Positions 1 through 9,356 of a DNA stretch of 63,934 bases are shown piece after piece. The position numbers and the translations under genes were made by a program. Under the pieces are notes generated by a model. That model was not told the origin of the DNA, did no database searches, and worked only from the letters and a program-made list of their open reading frames with translations. Origin of the DNA: a virus (lineage: Duplodnaviria; Caudoviricetes); IMG/VR virus record IMGVR_UViG_3300036978_000814, positions 1 through 63,934 of that record, one strand, 5' to 3'. Every line of letters begins with the position of its first letter. Within the stretch, counting starts at the first letter, position 1.

Positions 1-127
1 CCCCCCCACCCCCCGGGCTCCCACCTGAAAATTAGTTTGCCCCGTCCGGATTCCGCTATCGTTTTTTACTATTCACGAAAAACGAAAATCGTTTTATCCG
101 CTCAGGATTGTCTCAATTTTCTGCCGG
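1..127. repeat. 127-bp exact direct repeat of the window end (circular-assembly overlap)
   Basis: 1..127 is identical to 63808..63934; 127 is a common assembler k-mer, so this indicates a circular contig. Confidence 0.95.
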
Positions 128-924
128 ATCTGAGACGTTACCCCGGCACGGCTCCAAAAGTACTGAACCGGCGAGACCAACGGTCGCAATTCGACCCGGT
201 CACCAAAGTGCCAAATGTTGCGCTGACCCTCACCCAACTTCCACTCAGGCTTCGTGTCGTAAAAAGGCCCCGGCGTCTCCAGCCGAGTAACGATCTGGTA
301 CCGGTCGGCATCGTACTCCAAAGCGAACGCCCCCAACGTGGGGAACTCAGCATAAGTTTGTGGAAACTCGTTTCTCTGGAGCAGCACGTACTGGGTGAAC
401 GGGTAGTGGTGGCGTTCCTCGATGTGGCGGCGCATCCGCCCGTAGAGATCAACGTGGAACACGCTGGGGTGCCGGACCATCGTCTCCCATTGCACGTTTA
501 ACCCCAGCGCGTACTCCGCGCAGTTCCTCCAAGAGTAACGTGCGTGGTACTCGCGGAAGTCCTCGAAATGCTCCCGCAAGAGGATGGGCTTCCCACCCTC
601 CAGAAAGGTATCCAGCGAGAACGGCTCCTTAAAGAAGCAGTCCGAGTCGATATGGACGATCAGGTCCCTATCGCGCGGGCACCACAAGTCTGCCTCACAC
701 TTGCAGACTTGGTGGTGGAGAAAACCCTTGGACTCCGACTCGTAGTACGACCGGAGCGTGCAACCGTGCCGGTCGGCCAGAGGCTTGAAGAGTTGCTCGT
801 CCCGCGTGGGGACAACGATCGTGATGCCGGCAAAGCCCCGTCCGAATTTGGCAATCGACTGGAGCGTGTACGAGGTGAACTCGTAGTCGTTACCGTACGT
901 GACGAGGAAAATCTCGGCCTTCAC
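94..924 (-). CDS. GT-A-fold glycosyltransferase-like protein (DUF6492-like)
   Basis: N-terminal IFLVTY..D strand, ITIVVP, and DxD motif in IVHIDSDCFF. Confidence 0.6.
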   Translation of the reverse strand: MKAEIFLVTYGNDYEFTSYTLQSIAKFGRGFAGITIVVPTRDEQLFKPLADRHGCTLRSYYESESKGFLHHQVCKCEADLWCPRDRDLIVHIDSDCFFKEPFSLDTFLEGGKPILLREHFEDFREYHARYSWRNCAEYALGLNVQWETMVRHPSVFHVDLYGRMRRHIEERHHYPFTQYVLLQRNEFPQTYAEFPTLGAFALEYDADRYQIVTRLETPGPFYDTKPEWKLGEGQRNIWHFGDRVELRPLVSPVQYFWSRAGVTSQIRQKIETILSG

Positions 925-925
925 T

Positions 926-1183
926 TCAGCAAGACCAAGCCTTCCGGCTCCAGTAGTTCGCGCTCAATTTGCCTTCGCCGCCCTTGATGCCGCCGGACCT
1001 CGCGCAGTACGACGACTTGCGCGCAGGCTGGTCCTTCTTGATCGACATCTTGGGGTCACCGTAGCGGACGAGCCGCACCTTGTTCCCCACCTTGGCCAAC
1101 ACGGCGGACTTCTTGGGCCCGCCCGGAGTACGCTTCGGCTTGTTGTAGCCGGCAAAAACCATCCCTCGGTATTTGATGCTCAC
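926..1183 (-). CDS. small basic conserved phage protein
   Basis: KKSAVLAK..VRLVRYGDPKMSIKKDQPARKSSYCAR..SANYWSRKAW resembles a recurrent aquatic-phage hypothetical family; tightly packed with neighbours. Confidence 0.75.
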   Translation of the reverse strand: MSIKYRGMVFAGYNKPKRTPGGPKKSAVLAKVGNKVRLVRYGDPKMSIKKDQPARKSSYCARSGGIKGGEGKLSANYWSRKAWSC

Positions 1184-1443
1184 GACAGGTTGGTAGCCAG
1201 AGTGACATCTCTGGTCAATCTCCCGTATATCCTCTCACCGCCCTTCCGCACAATGACGTGAGTGCAATCCGACTGGAGCTCCTTCATCATCACGATTCGC
1301 TCATCGAGCAGCAGGTTCCGCATAAAGCACTTTCCGCCAGCTTTGAACAACAGCATCTGATCCAGCGCCTCCATAACCGTTGGATTGCACTCGATCTGGG
1401 GGTCGATCTGGAAGCTATTCCCCGACGGGAGGTTGTTAGTCAC
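1180..1443 (-). CDS. hypothetical protein (87 aa, GTG start)
   Basis: GTGA start/stop overlap with the upstream gene and 4-nt overlap with the downstream gene. Confidence 0.65.
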   Translation of the reverse strand: MTNNLPSGNSFQIDPQIECNPTVMEALDQMLLFKAGGKCFMRNLLLDERIVMMKELQSDCTHVIVRKGGERIYGRLTRDVTLATNLS

Positions 1444-1652
1444 GGCACGAGTTTTTTGTCGATGCCCCGTTTCTCCGCGAGCCACAACCGTTCCTCCCGG
1501 GTAAGGCCAATACGGAGCAGGCCGAGCCGATCGGACTGGGTGCGGATGAGGGTTGGTTGAACCCGCAGTTCCGACGCGATCGTTTTGTGCGGTCGCATCT
1601 CCAGCAGCATCTTGCAGATTTTGTCCCCTAACGGATGACGGAATTGGCTCAC
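1440..1652 (-). CDS. small HTH-like protein, paralog 2 (MSQFRHPLGDKICKMLLEM...)
   Basis: GTG start overlapping the previous stop; aligns without gaps to 1649..1861. Confidence 0.75.
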   Translation of the reverse strand: MSQFRHPLGDKICKMLLEMRPHKTIASELRVQPTLIRTQSDRLGLLRIGLTREERLWLAEKRGIDKKLVP

Positions 1653-1861
1653 GGCAGACACCTCCGGTCGATGCCGCGGGCGTCCGCGATCCGAATGCGC
1701 TCTTCCAGCGTAAGGGATACGCGCAGCAGGCCGAGGCGTCGCATTTGGTTCCGGACCACGGCGCCGCCTACCCCCAGCTCGTTGCAGATGACCTTGGTCG
1801 GCTGCATCTCCATCAGCATCCGGCAAACTTCTTCACCCTTGGGGTGAATGGGATAGCTCAC
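1649..1861 (-). CDS. small HTH-like protein, paralog 1
   Basis: HP.G...C.ML.EM.P.K.I..EL.V......Q..RLGLLR..LT.EER...A..RGID....P shared with the adjacent gene. Confidence 0.75.
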   Translation of the reverse strand: MSYPIHPKGEEVCRMLMEMQPTKVICNELGVGGAVVRNQMRRLGLLRVSLTLEERIRIADARGIDRRCLP

Positions 1862-2250
1862 GGCTGACCTCCCTTCAATGCCTCAAACAGGTTCTGGACT
1901 CGTTCTCCGTACTTACACTTTTTCTTATCTCGACGTAGGTTCATCGCGCCGGTGAAGCCCTTGTTCCAGATGGAGCCCATCAGGTAGGGCGTGGGCTCGA
2001 TCCCCATCGTGTGCAGCTTGCGGGCGTAACGCTGAATCCGTTGAGCCGCGATAGCCTTGGCGGTAGCACGGATCTTGGCGTGACTGTAAGGCAGCTTGGT
2101 CTCCTCCCTCCAAGTGTTGGCGGTAAACTGGAGGCCCCCACCCGGGTACGACCAAGGGGTGTTCTCGGCCTGCTCGATAGCGGTGATCAGCTTCTGAGTG
2201 TCAGGTTCGCCGGCCAGACCGACAAACATCGCGATGATGGCGGTCTTCAT
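1858..2250 (-). CDS. lysozyme-like (SLT/i-type-like) protein with hydrophobic N-terminus; possible endolysin
   Basis: LITAIEQAE followed by GGLQFTANTW and a later WNKG; ATG at 2250 overlaps the recombinase stop. Confidence 0.5.
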   Translation of the reverse strand: MKTAIIAMFVGLAGEPDTQKLITAIEQAENTPWSYPGGGLQFTANTWREETKLPYSHAKIRATAKAIAAQRIQRYARKLHTMGIEPTPYLMGSIWNKGFTGAMNLRRDKKKCKYGERVQNLFEALKGGQP

Positions 2251-2864
2251 ACGACCTCCTTCACCTTTAGCCGGCGCTGTTTCTGAGCAAGACGGAAGGC
2301 GGTTGATACCGAGATGCCTCCGAGTCGGGTAGCCAGTTCCCGCAACTGGTGACCACCTTCGGCCAGCCATTGGCGGGTGACCTCCTCGTGGTTCTTGATC
2401 AGCCGTTCGGACGGGCGGCCCAAGGTCTTGCCCCGGTTCTTGGCTGCGGCCAGCCCGGCCTTGGTGCGCTCGACGATCAAGCTGCGCTCGAACTCGGCTA
2501 CGGCGGCCAGAACGTGCATCTGGAGCCGACCTGCCGGGTTAGACTTGGACGTATCGATACCCTGACCGGGGCAGACCAGCGCGACCCCGTGCTTGTCGAA
2601 CTCGGCCACCAATTGTGCGAAGTGCGACAGGGAACGGGCCAGCCGGTCCATCTTGACCACCACTACGGCGTCGAAGTGGTGCTGACGGATGCGGGACATC
2701 ATCAGGTCAAGCGACACCCGGCTCGACTTGGAGCCGGACACCACGTCGGTGAACTCGGCGGCGACTTCCCATCCACGGTTCTGGACGTACGAGCGCAGCT
2801 CCTCTTGTTGGGGCTGGACGGTTTGGTCTCCGGTGGAGACTCGGTAGTACAAGGCAGTTTTCAT
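2247..2864 (-). CDS. small serine recombinase (resolvase/invertase family)
   Basis: YYRVST catalytic Ser, KMDRLARS, AVAEFERSLIVERTKAGLAAAK..G..LGRP, C-terminal HTH; 205 aa. Confidence 0.95.
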   Translation of the reverse strand: MKTALYYRVSTGDQTVQPQQEELRSYVQNRGWEVAAEFTDVVSGSKSSRVSLDLMMSRIRQHHFDAVVVVKMDRLARSLSHFAQLVAEFDKHGVALVCPGQGIDTSKSNPAGRLQMHVLAAVAEFERSLIVERTKAGLAAAKNRGKTLGRPSERLIKNHEEVTRQWLAEGGHQLRELATRLGGISVSTAFRLAQKQRRLKVKEVV

Positions 2865-2906
2865 AACGCCTCGACCGTAGTTCGATGACCGACGGAGTAA
2901 AGAAAA

Positions 2907-3101
2907 TTATTGAGATTTCTGCTTCGGAGCCCGGAAATCTCCTTCGACCGGCTTGTTGCCGGCCGCGAACCACCGCACCACGTCGAAGGTGCTCTTCAGG
3001 TTCTGCTCGGCCATAATCCGCAGGATGGCGTTCCGCTCGTGCGGGTAACACGCAAATGCCATCGTAATGGCAAGTGGCTTATTCTTAGTAGTTTGAGTCA
3101 T
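2907..3101 (-). CDS. hypothetical protein
   Basis: ORF starts 2 nt after the TerL stop and fills the gap to the recombinase. Confidence 0.6.
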   Translation of the reverse strand: MTQTTKNKPLAITMAFACYPHERNAILRIMAEQNLKSTFDVVRWFAAGNKPVEGDFRAPKQKSQ

Positions 3102-3103
3102 AA

Positions 3104-5086
3104 TCAGTCTTTCATCAGGTCTGCCACTTGCTGAACGTCGTCGTCGAGTCCGGACATATTCGATCCGCCGAAAGCGATCTCGAAACCTTCCCAGCCACCC
3201 GTCTCCCTTGGCGCGGCCGGCAGGTCCCGGGTGTCCTTGGCCCGGGGCACGAGCGACGGCACCCTCATCCGTGCGACGTGGAGCATAATCAGGAACGAGT
3301 CAGCCCGGTCAGGCGAGGTTTCGCCCGTGCGGCCCTTGTAGGCGTCCTTGGCCTCGACCGACTGCTTCTTGCCGATCCCGACCTTCATCCCGCCGCGGCG
3401 CCCGGCCAGCTCTTCGCTGGTCTTCTGGTCTACGCCCCGGCCGATCCGGACGATGTCGTACTCAAAGAGCTTGGCCCCAGCCATCCACAACTCGGTTGCA
3501 ATGCGGTCGTACAGCTCCTTGGGCGTCTGGGTGTCTTCGTCCGCGATTTTCACCTCGCTGGGCGATGCCGCGTACTCGACTCCCACAATCGGCGCTGCTC
3601 CGTCGTCGGTCTCAGCCAACGGCGCCACCTTGTCCTTCCATTGCCGGCGGATCACGTCGTGGACGCCTCGGCCGGTACCAGTCTTGTCGATGCCGAAGTT
3701 CTCGGCCTTGATGCTCAGTTGCCGGCAACGGGCCATATTCTCGTCGGCCACGTCCTGAGTATCGCCGTGGGGGAGGATCATCGTCCCGTCGGCTTGGATC
3801 TTCACCGCCGGCTCAGGCAGGTCGTGCTTCTCGCCCTTGTAGTCGACCCAGCCGACTGCGCGTCCGACTCGACCGATCGTCATCGCCGGCAAGTCGCCCG
3901 TGAACGCAGGGTCAGAACCAGCGATCGAGATGGTGGGCCCGTCGAAGATCCAGTCGCCCTCCGCTCGTCGCAGATGGTTCGAGTTGATGATGGTCGTCTG
4001 GACGCCGGTCTTGGGGAACCGGCCGTACACGTACGTGTAAACGTTCGGGTGCTGGTCATTGCCGCCAGCTTGAGAGCGGATGATCTTCTGCACGCCCTCG
4101 TGGGTGATCATACGAGGGAAGATGGTCTTCTTGGCCATCACGTTCTCCGTCCTCATCGCGTTGATCGAGATGACGTGCCATCCCGTCTCCGACTCCCACT
4201 CCTCCTGCTCGTCGGAGATCGCGTCCCACCCACCGACCGGCTTGCAGTTCAGGCCGTACCGGGACCACTCGTCCTTCGGATTGGCCGCGGCCATAATTTT
4301 GATGTGCTCGACCGAGTCGTCGACCGAGGACAACAAGTTGGGAGTTTCGTCGAAGATGTTGGCCGGGATTTCCTGCGCCTCGTCGAGGAGAATCCGCAGT
4401 CGAGAGTTGTCTCCAAAAAGTGGATGCGGGGGCCGGTTCTTGATCTTGGCGCCCTTCAGTTTACCGCGGGATTTCGGGCCGCCGGGGATGACGAGCACGA
4501 AGATTCCCATACCTCGTTTCTTATCGAGGGAAATGGACTCCGAGTCCACATTGCCGGGCAGCGGCAGCACCGCCTCGGTGTGCAGACGCACGATGTCGGC
4601 GTAGAGGTTCTTCTCGACGTGGTCCTGAGAGTTGGAGGCGACTTCGATGCGGGTCCACTCCGGGTCGAGCAGCCAGTCGAGCACGCACCACGCGGACGGA
4701 GTGAACGTTTTTCCGACCGAGCCGCAGCCCATCACGTTGATCTGGTTCTTCGTGAACAGCGCGCCCCACATCAGTTGCGCCGCACGCGGCTCAGGCGTAA
4801 ACGTCTTGGGCCCCCACAGCACCAGCGCCGCGCCCACGTAGTCGCGAGCGTAGAGTAGCGAGTACACGTACGCCCACGCCATCGCCATCATATCGTCCTT
4901 CGACTTGATGGGGCGCTGAAGCGCGGCGTTGTTGGCGATGTAACGCTTGAAGGACCGATCCTTCAGCATCCGCTCCAACGCCTTGACGAGCGCGTCCGGG
5001 TTTTCCGTTTCCCGGTAAAGGAACAGATGCTGATGGATGAACCGCAGGTCAGCCCTGCGGTTCTTGTCAGGAATTATTACGGGCAT
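3104..5086 (-). CDS. terL: terminase large subunit
   Basis: Walker A GCGSVGKT, Walker B ILLDEAQ, AANP coupling motif, RNase H-like GSDPA and IDKTG, C-terminal SPDRADS. Confidence 0.9.
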   Translation of the reverse strand: MPVIIPDKNRRADLRFIHQHLFLYRETENPDALVKALERMLKDRSFKRYIANNAALQRPIKSKDDMMAMAWAYVYSLLYARDYVGAALVLWGPKTFTPEPRAAQLMWGALFTKNQINVMGCGSVGKTFTPSAWCVLDWLLDPEWTRIEVASNSQDHVEKNLYADIVRLHTEAVLPLPGNVDSESISLDKKRGMGIFVLVIPGGPKSRGKLKGAKIKNRPPHPLFGDNSRLRILLDEAQEIPANIFDETPNLLSSVDDSVEHIKIMAAANPKDEWSRYGLNCKPVGGWDAISDEQEEWESETGWHVISINAMRTENVMAKKTIFPRMITHEGVQKIIRSQAGGNDQHPNVYTYVYGRFPKTGVQTTIINSNHLRRAEGDWIFDGPTISIAGSDPAFTGDLPAMTIGRVGRAVGWVDYKGEKHDLPEPAVKIQADGTMILPHGDTQDVADENMARCRQLSIKAENFGIDKTGTGRGVHDVIRRQWKDKVAPLAETDDGAAPIVGVEYAASPSEVKIADEDTQTPKELYDRIATELWMAGAKLFEYDIVRIGRGVDQKTSEELAGRRGGMKVGIGKKQSVEAKDAYKGRTGETSPDRADSFLIMLHVARMRVPSLVPRAKDTRDLPAAPRETGGWEGFEIAFGGSNMSGLDDDVQQVADLMKD

Positions 5087-5675
5087 AGACGAAATGGCCG
5101 TGGAACGCTCGGCCCCAGCATCCGCCCTCGCCCTGCTGCTCGGAAACTTGGCCCTGCATACCGATCCACTCCTCCAGCTTGGCCTGAGTCAGCGCCTGCG
5201 GGTGACCCGGGTACGCGGGCAGGTCGATCCACTCAAACATCCGCAGGCTCGGCGCCAGACGCTTGGCGTTGGCGATGATCTTGGCCGGGTCCTCCGTGTG
5301 CTGGAGCACGTTGTAGATCCACACCTCGTCGAACGAGTTGGCCGGAAAATCGTCGAGCCCTTCGCCTGCGCGGCGGTAGAACGCGACGTTGGCCACCGCG
5401 TAGCGCAGGGCTACCCAGTCGGGGAACCGGCAGGGGTCGACGACGACGCCGGCGGAGTTCACGCACTTGAGCAGGAGCGACACCGGCCCACCGCCAATGT
5501 CTAAAATCCGTTTACCCTTGAGATCGTAACCCATTCCGATCGCGGAGACTTGGGTCATTTCCAGCCCCATATGCCTCGCGTAGACCTGTTGTTTCAGCTC
5601 TTCGCTGATCGTGTTGAGGCAGTTGCCCCAGAATTCTTGTTCAAATTGCTGTGCTTCGGTCCAAGGTGATGACAT
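5067..5675 (-). CDS. class I SAM-dependent methyltransferase (small-molecule/sugar type)
   Basis: ILDIGGGP SAM motif and FDEVWIYNVLQH; lacks DNA-MTase motifs; start placed at MSSPW. Confidence 0.8.
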   Translation of the reverse strand: MSSPWTEAQQFEQEFWGNCLNTISEELKQQVYARHMGLEMTQVSAIGMGYDLKGKRILDIGGGPVSLLLKCVNSAGVVVDPCRFPDWVALRYAVANVAFYRRAGEGLDDFPANSFDEVWIYNVLQHTEDPAKIIANAKRLAPSLRMFEWIDLPAYPGHPQALTQAKLEEWIGMQGQVSEQQGEGGCWGRAFHGHFVYARNNS

Positions 5676-5747
5676 CGGTTTCTTGTTAAGATAATTCACG
5701 TTGCCATCAAGCTCATACTGCAAGACAAACTGCCAGACCCTCTTACT

Positions 5748-5897
5748 ATGCCGTTTAAGTCCAAAGCCCAAGCCCGGTATTTGTTCTCCCGCGAGCCCGA
5801 GGTCGCCAAGAAGTTCGCCAAGGAAACGCCCAAGATGAAGTCGTTGCCGGAGAAAAAGGGCGAGCAAAGCGCCGAGTATACCCGTCGTAAAAAGTGA
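5748..5897 (+). CDS. small basic protein MPFKSKAQARYLFSREPEVAKKFAKETP... (49 aa, below the ORF-track cutoff)
   Basis: Translated by hand; MPFKS..Q.RYL N-terminus is familiar from phage proteins; GTGA overlap with the next gene. Confidence 0.7.
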   Translation: MPFKSKAQARYLFSREPEVAKKFAKETPKMKSLPEKKGEQSAEYTRRKK

Positions 5898-6493
5898 AAC
5901 TCGGTCGGGGAAGAGTCCCACCCGGAGGGTGGCATTTCATCGTCGCTGCCAACGTCCGGTTGGAGGCGATTAACGAAGAGGAGTTGATCAAACGCATCTT
6001 CGAGTATCGTCTACGGAACAACATCCCGGTCGGCGACATCGAGCGCGACATCGACGACTACTACTGTTCGCGGTATCCGGACGCGTGCCATAGGGAGGCC
6101 AAGGACGAGCCCGGCAAGGAGCACATCCCGAGCGAGGTGGCCGAGCCGCTTCTCCAGCGAGTGTCGAGGTGGGCGGCCTTGCAAATCCACGCCCAGCCTA
6201 AGGGGGGATACGAACTTGTATCACAGGAGCAGGCCAACGCTCGCGGGCTTATTTGCGTGGGCTGCCCCAACAACCGCCATTGGCGTTCTGGTTGTTCTGG
6301 TTGCAGCAGCTCGACCGCAGCCGTGCTGGCCCAGCTCCGTAAGTTGCAGACCAGCCGGCATCAGGGTGACCTGACCGGTTGTCAGGTGTGCGGGTGGGAC
6401 AACTCTACTGCCGTCTGGATGCAGACCTCGGTGCTGCCGCTCACTCAAGGTCAGATCGACAGCTTGCCGGATCGTTGCTGGAGGAAGGGATGA
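5894..6493 (+). CDS. Cys-rich hypothetical protein (probably metal binding)
   Basis: CxxC clusters CVGC, CSGC, CQVC and terminal PDRCW. Confidence 0.75.
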   Translation: MKLGRGRVPPGGWHFIVAANVRLEAINEEELIKRIFEYRLRNNIPVGDIERDIDDYYCSRYPDACHREAKDEPGKEHIPSEVAEPLLQRVSRWAALQIHAQPKGGYELVSQEQANARGLICVGCPNNRHWRSGCSGCSSSTAAVLAQLRKLQTSRHQGDLTGCQVCGWDNSTAVWMQTSVLPLTQGQIDSLPDRCWRKG

Positions 6494-6774
6494 TCATCCG
6501 TTGGGACAGCCCGGTGCGTCTGGCAAAGTCCGTTTTTAGGACGGTACGATACGTTTTACAGGGCCGCCCGGCTATTGTGCCGGCCGACATCCGGGCCGAG
6601 AGATACGAGACCTGCCTGCGGTGCCCTCAGAACATCAACAGCCAATGCCGGGTCTGCACCTGCTTCATCAGCGTAAAGATCCTCTTGTCTTCTGAAAGCT
6701 GCCCGGAGAACCCTCCGCGTTGGAAAAAGTTGACATTCAGTAAACCGACAACCACATCCACCCCAGCGGTGTAA
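6490..6774 (+). CDS. Cys-rich DUF6171-like protein
   Basis: ERYETCLRC..QCRVCTCFISVK..SCP...W pattern; ATGA overlap. Confidence 0.7.
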   Translation: MIIRWDSPVRLAKSVFRTVRYVLQGRPAIVPADIRAERYETCLRCPQNINSQCRVCTCFISVKILLSSESCPENPPRWKKLTFSKPTTTSTPAV

Positions 6775-6779
6775 TCGCA

Positions 6780-9107
6780 ATGCCAGACGACATTCAACCC
6801 AACGATCAGGATATCACCGGTTCGGGCAACCCCCTACCGACGGTCGGCATTAACACGATCGACGCGCCGCAACGCACCGACGGCGGGTACGGCAAACACC
6901 TTAATCTGGAAGCTCGGTCGGTTAAGACGGCCGATCACGCTTGGAACATCTGCAAGGCTACCGAGCAGAACAACCGCACCCGGGCCGCTCGCACCGCGGA
7001 CATTCAGTCTTTGCACGACGGCGAGCCCCCGCGCTCCTCGTCCGCTCAGGCCGAGCGGGGCAAGGGATGGCAGTCCAACGCGTCAACCAACTGGTTGGCC
7101 GGTATTGTTGGTCGAGTTAGTCAGCGGTTCGTTAACGCGGTCATTTCCCAGATTTACGCCACGTCGAGCGCGCTGCCCTCGTCGCTCAACAACAGCAAGG
7201 CCAAGACTGACCTGCTGCGGCTCAAGTTTACTCAGCTCATTCGTTCGTGGGACGGTAACACCGGTCTGATCAACAGTCTGGCGGTTGAGACCGCGCTTCA
7301 GGGCTACGGCTACGCGGTCTTCCTCGACCCGTACACGTACAAGCCGACGATGTTTAAGCAGGACCGGGCTTTCTGTCCGGAACAATCCGGCCAACACGCT
7401 CGCGACCTTCAGTTCTTTGTCGCGAAGATGGACTACCGTCTCGACGAATTCCTCGACTTGTTCAAGGACGAGGAAGCGGCTAAGGAGGTCGGGTACGATC
7501 TGGATAACTGCGTCTACGCGGCCAACAACGCGAAGATGGCAGACCCGCGCGAAGACGCGACCACGACTCAGTTCCGAAAGTTCGTCGAGATGATGAACGA
7601 GGGCGTGCTGGGCCTTACCTTCACCTCGACCGGCGCGCGTATTGTTTCGTGCTGGTTGCTTTTCAACCGCGAGTACGATGGTCAGGTCTCGTTCTGGCTG
7701 ATCCATCGCGATTCCGGCAAGATGCTCCGGTTCAGCTTCAAGCTGTTCCCGAAGATGCAGGACGTGCTCGCGATGTTCTCGTTCGAGCCGGGCAACGGGT
7801 GCATTCACTCCTCCAAGGGTCTGGGCCGCAAACTGGCGTCCCTGACCATTATGAAGGAGCTGTTCCGCAACGGCATCATCGACAACAGCCGGATGAGCGG
7901 ACTGATGATCCTGCGCGCTGACTCCAAGGATAAGAGCAAGTTCGCGCCGGCGGTGATGTCTCCGTTCGTCATCATCGACAAGTCGGTCGAGATTCCGCAG
8001 CAGCAGTTCGTCGCCAACGCCGACGCGTACCGGGTTACCGACACCCAGATCGACGGTTGGGCCGAGCAGACCGTCGGTGCTTACCTAGCGTCTCAGATTT
8101 CTCCGACTGGCCGCACCGACAAAACCGCGACCGAAGCCCAGATCGACGCCCGTCGCGAGAGCGAGGCCGCGGACATTATGATCCGCCGCTGGATCGATCA
8201 GTTCTCGAACTTGATCCAGATCCAGCAGAAGCGGGCTTTCTCGGACGACTACATCTCCGAGGCCCGCCGTCTGGCCAACAAGCTGATCGAGGACCCTGCT
8301 TTGGAGAAGCCCGGTTTCTACGAGGGCCACGGCAACAGCGACGCCGAGGTGCTCCGCACTCTGGTCGAGATTATGCTCGATCCGACTCAGGTCAGCGACG
8401 ACGACATCAAGGTCTGGCGTGAGACGCCTGCGTCTCCCTTGGCTCACGCGACCGAGGCCGTCACGGCTCAGGGCGTCTCGCTCGTGCTTCAGAAGTACGC
8501 CGGCAATCCGAATGTTGATCAGACCAAACTCATTCAACGCGATATCGAGAATACGGTCGGACCGGAACTCGCTCAGGAGTTTTTCATCCCCGGCGCCGAT
8601 CAGACTATTGTCGCCGAGGCTCGGCGTATGCAGCTCATCGAGTCGAACACGATGCTTACCGCAAGTATCGAGGTTCCGGTCAGCCCGCGCGACAACCACC
8701 TGATTCACGCTCAGACTTTGCAGGAACTGCTGACCACGGTCGCCGCTCCGGTCCTGAGCCAGCCCAATCCCTCGCCTCAAATCCTCAAAGCGTCCGAGCT
8801 AAATCTGAACCACCTGCTGGCACATTTGCAGGCTGGCAACGCGATCGGGCTCAACAAGGACCCGAATTTCCGAGAGATCGAAAAGTTCGCACTTGGGTTC
8901 AAGAAGCAGCTCGTGCAGGTGGTCCAAATCAACGAGGAGATGCAGGCCGCCCAACAGGTCGTGATGGACGCGATCCGCCGCGAAGGTCTGCCTCCCGACG
9001 TGGGTCAGGCTGCCGCGCCCGAGGAGATTCCGCCTCAAGTTTTGCCCACCGCCAGTTCGATTCCCGCCCCGAGCGAAGCGCCCGCCCTCGCTAATGTACC
9101 TGCGTAA
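6780..9107 (+). CDS. portal protein
   Basis: 775 aa, lies before scaffold and capsid genes; KTATEAQI and DNHLIH motifs typical of podovirus portals. Confidence 0.75.
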   Translation: MPDDIQPNDQDITGSGNPLPTVGINTIDAPQRTDGGYGKHLNLEARSVKTADHAWNICKATEQNNRTRAARTADIQSLHDGEPPRSSSAQAERGKGWQSNASTNWLAGIVGRVSQRFVNAVISQIYATSSALPSSLNNSKAKTDLLRLKFTQLIRSWDGNTGLINSLAVETALQGYGYAVFLDPYTYKPTMFKQDRAFCPEQSGQHARDLQFFVAKMDYRLDEFLDLFKDEEAAKEVGYDLDNCVYAANNAKMADPREDATTTQFRKFVEMMNEGVLGLTFTSTGARIVSCWLLFNREYDGQVSFWLIHRDSGKMLRFSFKLFPKMQDVLAMFSFEPGNGCIHSSKGLGRKLASLTIMKELFRNGIIDNSRMSGLMILRADSKDKSKFAPAVMSPFVIIDKSVEIPQQQFVANADAYRVTDTQIDGWAEQTVGAYLASQISPTGRTDKTATEAQIDARRESEAADIMIRRWIDQFSNLIQIQQKRAFSDDYISEARRLANKLIEDPALEKPGFYEGHGNSDAEVLRTLVEIMLDPTQVSDDDIKVWRETPASPLAHATEAVTAQGVSLVLQKYAGNPNVDQTKLIQRDIENTVGPELAQEFFIPGADQTIVAEARRMQLIESNTMLTASIEVPVSPRDNHLIHAQTLQELLTTVAAPVLSQPNPSPQILKASELNLNHLLAHLQAGNAIGLNKDPNFREIEKFALGFKKQLVQVVQINEEMQAAQQVVMDAIRREGLPPDVGQAAAPEEIPPQVLPTASSIPAPSEAPALANVPA

Positions 9108-9354
9108 AGAACACCTAGAGCCCGCACTCAACCTCATCAATTCGCCCCTCTGGGCTGACATCAGGCGGTGCCTCCTTGAGCGCCGTCCTGATGCTCCTGT
9201 CGCCGCGGACCCGATCCACACGGCCGCGGCTAAGGGGTTTGAGCGCAAAGGATACGAGCAAGCTATGCTCGACGTGGAGAAGCTCCCGTTCGAGTTGCCG
9301 GTTGATCGTGCCGATCCGTTCAACCGACCTGCCATAACTGAAACTTCCGACTAA
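9094..9354 (+). CDS. small hypothetical protein between portal and scaffold
   Basis: Overlaps the portal stop; helical; typical position. Confidence 0.7.
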   Translation: MYLRKEHLEPALNLINSPLWADIRRCLLERRPDAPVAADPIHTAAAKGFERKGYEQAMLDVEKLPFELPVDRADPFNRPAITETSD

Positions 9355-9356
9355 TT

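Noticed and set aside
2247-2864. IS607 element or large serine integrase
   Set aside because: No N-terminal MerR-like HTH, no tnpB neighbour, and no recombinase or zinc-ribbon domains
5067-5675. DNA methyltransferase
   Set aside because: No DPPY/NPPY or PC motif; pattern fits small-molecule or sugar methyltransferases
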